Positions 24,724 through 26,945 of a DNA stretch of 26,945 nt are shown here, piece by piece. Position 1 is the stretch's first letter; each line of letters begins with the position of its first letter. The notes beneath the pieces are model-generated. The model ran no database searches, was not told where the DNA came from, and saw only the letters and a program-made list of their open reading frames with translations. The position numbers were made by a program, and so were the translations under genes. Location: assembly GCA_050125095.1 (NCBI GenBank), contig JASFEA010000025.1, positions 1-26,945 of the forward strand. Reading direction: 5' to 3'. The stretch is from a bacterium. GTDB taxonomy: Bacteria > Arandabacterota > Arandabacteria > Arandabacterales > JALGWA01.

Positions 24724-25655
24724 GCCTCGATACCCCCGAGAAACTCATTAAGCGTCTTGACGTCCGAGCACGGCGCACAGCCCGCGCTCCGGTCGATTCT
24801 CCTCAACAGGCCGCACAGCACGTTGCCGGGCCCCACCTCGGCGAAACTCGACACCCCGTCCTCTATCATGAACCCGATCGATTGGGCCCATAGCACGGGG
24901 CTCAGGAGCTGACGGGTAAGGAGGTCCTGTATCTCCCGCGGCTCGGTGCTCGGCTTCGCCGTTACATTGCAGACCACCGGGACCCGAGCGGGCCTGAACT
25001 CCACCCGGCCGAACATGGCTGAGAGCTCCGCCACCGACTTCTCCATCAGTGGTGAGTGGAACGCCCCGCTCACATTGAGCTTTATCGCGCGCGTCGCCCC
25101 CATGGACGGAGCCAGTTCGATCGCCTTCTCAACGGCGGCGACATCACCCGAAACGACGGTCTGCCCGGGGGAGTTGAAGTTGGCGGCGGCGATTACGCCC
25201 GCAGCCCCCGCCCCCTCAAGAAGCCCGGCCATCTTCTCCTCCGGCATTCCTATGATGGCGGCCATCGTCCCCGGATTCTCCTCGCCGCAGTTCTGCATTG
25301 CCTCGGCCCGCACCTTGACGAGTCTGAGGGCGTCAGCGAACGTAAGCACGCCGCCCGCGACAAGCGCAGAGTACTCGCCGACGCTGTGACCCGCCACATA
25401 GTGGGGCGAGAAACCACCCCCGCTGAGCACCCTCCATGCGGCCACGCTATGCGTGACGATCGCGGGCTGGGTGTACCGGGTCTGTTTCAGAGTCTCATCG
25501 GGCCCCTCGAAACATATCGACCTGAGGTCGAAGCCCAGGATCTCATTGGCTTCCTCGAATGTCTCCCGGGCGGCCTCAAAGCCCTCGCACAGGTCCTTCC
25601 CCATACCTACCTGCTGGGAACCCTGCCCCGGGAAAAGCGCGGCCCGTTTATCCAT
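24720..25655 (-). CDS. fabD: Malonyl-CoA:ACP transacylase
   Basis: FPGQGSQ, TQPA, AGHSVGEYSA, VSGAFHSPLM, EVGPG.VL. Confidence 0.97.
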   Translation of the reverse strand: MDKRAALFPGQGSQQVGMGKDLCEGFEAARETFEEANEILGFDLRSICFEGPDETLKQTRYTQPAIVTHSVAAWRVLSGGGFSPHYVAGHSVGEYSALVAGGVLTFADALRLVKVRAEAMQNCGEENPGTMAAIIGMPEEKMAGLLEGAGAAGVIAAANFNSPGQTVVSGDVAAVEKAIELAPSMGATRAIKLNVSGAFHSPLMEKSVAELSAMFGRVEFRPARVPVVCNVTAKPSTEPREIQDLLTRQLLSPVLWAQSIGFMIEDGVSSFAEVGPGNVLCGLLRRIDRSAGCAPCSDVKTLNEFLGGIEA

Positions 25656-25673
25656 GTCGAATCACCATTGTCT

Positions 25674-26678
25674 CTACCATCTCATGAGAATGCTGCCCCA
25701 GGTGAGCCCCGCACCGAACGCCACCAGGTTGATCAGCATACCGTCTTTCAACACTCCCTGGCGCCTTGCGTCGTCCAGAGCCAGCGGGATGGACGCCGCA
25801 GAAGTGTTCCCGTATTCCTGGAGGTTCACGAAGACCTTCTTCTTGGGAACGTGAATGCGCCTGGCCGTGGCGTCAATAATCCTCAAGTTAGCCTGATGGG
25901 GTATGAGCAAATCCAGTTCGTCGCCGCTGTAACCGGCATCGGTCAGGGTCTTCATGGCGGCGTCACCCATGGCCTTGACCGCGTATTTGAAGAGCGTGTT
26001 TCCCTGCATATGGACATGATGCATCTTGTTCTTCAGCGTCTCCTCGCTCGCCGGCATTCGCGTCCCGCCGGCCGGCTGCAGCAGCAGCTCGTAGAGGCTG
26101 CCGTCGCTGCCGATATAGGTGGAGATTATGCCTCTTCCGTCCCCCACTTTCCCCACAACAGCAGCTCCCGCCCCATCGCCGAAAAGCACGCAGGTGGCCC
26201 GGTCATCCCAGTCTAGGATCCTCGTCAGCGTCTCTGCGCCGATGATGAGGCACCGCTTGTAAGTGCCCGATTCTATGAATCCCTTCGCAATCGTCAGGCC
26301 GTAGAGGAACCCGCTGCATGCCGCCGAGAGGTCGAAAGCCGCGGCCTTCCTGGTGCCCAGGTTCTTCTGGACAAGGCAGGCCGTTGAAGGGAAGAACATA
26401 TCCGGAGTCGCCGTTCCCACTATAACTAGGTCAATGTCCTCGGGACCGACACCGGCGTCCTCCATAGCGCGGCGGCCGGCCTCGGAAGCGGTATCCGAGG
26501 TAGCGATGTGGTCCTCCGCCCTGTGCCTTCTCTCTATGCCGGTTCTCTCGCGAATCCACTGGTCGCTCGTATCGACCATCTTCTCGAGATCGAAATTGGT
26601 TAGCACGCCCTCAGGGGCAAATGAGCCCAGCCCGAGAATGCCAATTCCGCTTGGTTCTCTCTTACCCTTCTCACTCAT
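25674..26678 (-). CDS. fabH: Beta-ketoacyl-ACP synthase III
   Basis: WIRERTGI, AACSGF (Cys), FGDGAGA, PHQAN (His), YGNTSAAS (Asn), FGAGLTWG. Confidence 0.97.
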   Translation of the reverse strand: MSEKGKREPSGIGILGLGSFAPEGVLTNFDLEKMVDTSDQWIRERTGIERRHRAEDHIATSDTASEAGRRAMEDAGVGPEDIDLVIVGTATPDMFFPSTACLVQKNLGTRKAAAFDLSAACSGFLYGLTIAKGFIESGTYKRCLIIGAETLTRILDWDDRATCVLFGDGAGAAVVGKVGDGRGIISTYIGSDGSLYELLLQPAGGTRMPASEETLKNKMHHVHMQGNTLFKYAVKAMGDAAMKTLTDAGYSGDELDLLIPHQANLRIIDATARRIHVPKKKVFVNLQEYGNTSAASIPLALDDARRQGVLKDGMLINLVAFGAGLTWGSILMRW

Positions 26679-26945
26679 GTTGTCTCAGCCTTTCTGAAAT
26701 GGCGGAATTAACATCATACTTAATGAACCTCCGCGTGGCAAGTATTGCGTTCTTTATGGCCACTGCAGACGAACTACCATGGCATATCATGCAGGCGCCG
26801 TCAACTCCGAGCAGCGGCGCGCCGCCGTACTCCGCGTAGTCAAAAGTCGCCTTGAGTTTGCGGAAGGCGGGCTTAAGAAGGCCCGCGCCGATTTTAGCCC
26901 GTACGTTCTTGGTGAGCTCTTCCTTCATTACGGCGTAGAACATAT
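26671..26945 (-). CDS. plsX: Phosphate acyltransferase PlsX, C-terminal part (5' end outside window)
   Basis: DYAEYGGAPLLGVDG...ICHGSS...AIKNAI; upstream of fabH. Confidence 0.93.
   Translation of the reverse strand, partial: MFYAVMKEELTKNVRAKIGAGLLKPAFRKLKATFDYAEYGGAPLLGVDGACMICHGSSSAVAIKNAILATRRFIKYDVNSAISERLRQHE

Noticed and set aside
22440..26945. Type II polyketide cluster
   Set aside because: Canonical plsX-fabH-fabD-fabG-acpP-fabF-rnc order with no chain-length factor, cyclase or tailoring genes

Overview
A GC-rich bacterial chromosomal segment, probably from a diderm FCB-type candidate lineage such as Eisenbacteria or Krumholzibacteriota (inference from the FlgD-Ig/T9SS-like C-terminal domain protein and an orphan exported protein family). 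The right 11 kb is a minus-strand core run: plsX(partial)-fabH-fabD-fabG-acpP-fabF-rnc, then pfk (with PPi-type signature)-fba(class II)-gap-pgk-tpiA-secG-tRNA-Leu(GAG). The left 15.7 kb mixes housekeeping genes (mdh, era) with exported or peptide-processing functions. These are a 7-blade propeller with a C-terminal sorting domain coupled to an atypical signal-peptide DJ-1/PfpI protein, a DUF355 kinase, a GNAT, a serine hydrolase, a TPR lipoprotein, an M42 aminopeptidase plus MFS transporter, a small OM beta-barrel, an exported PepF and a cupin. I found no integrase, transposase, CRISPR array or recognisable defence system. The most notable unexplained signals are: a REP-like hairpin repeat with a GGGGTCAGGTCTTGAAATGCACA core (window start and twice beside the tRNA 3' end), a 33-aa SD-led upstream ORF coupled to the serine hydrolase, the exported DJ-1/propeller pair, and a PPi-type PFK heading the glycolytic operon.
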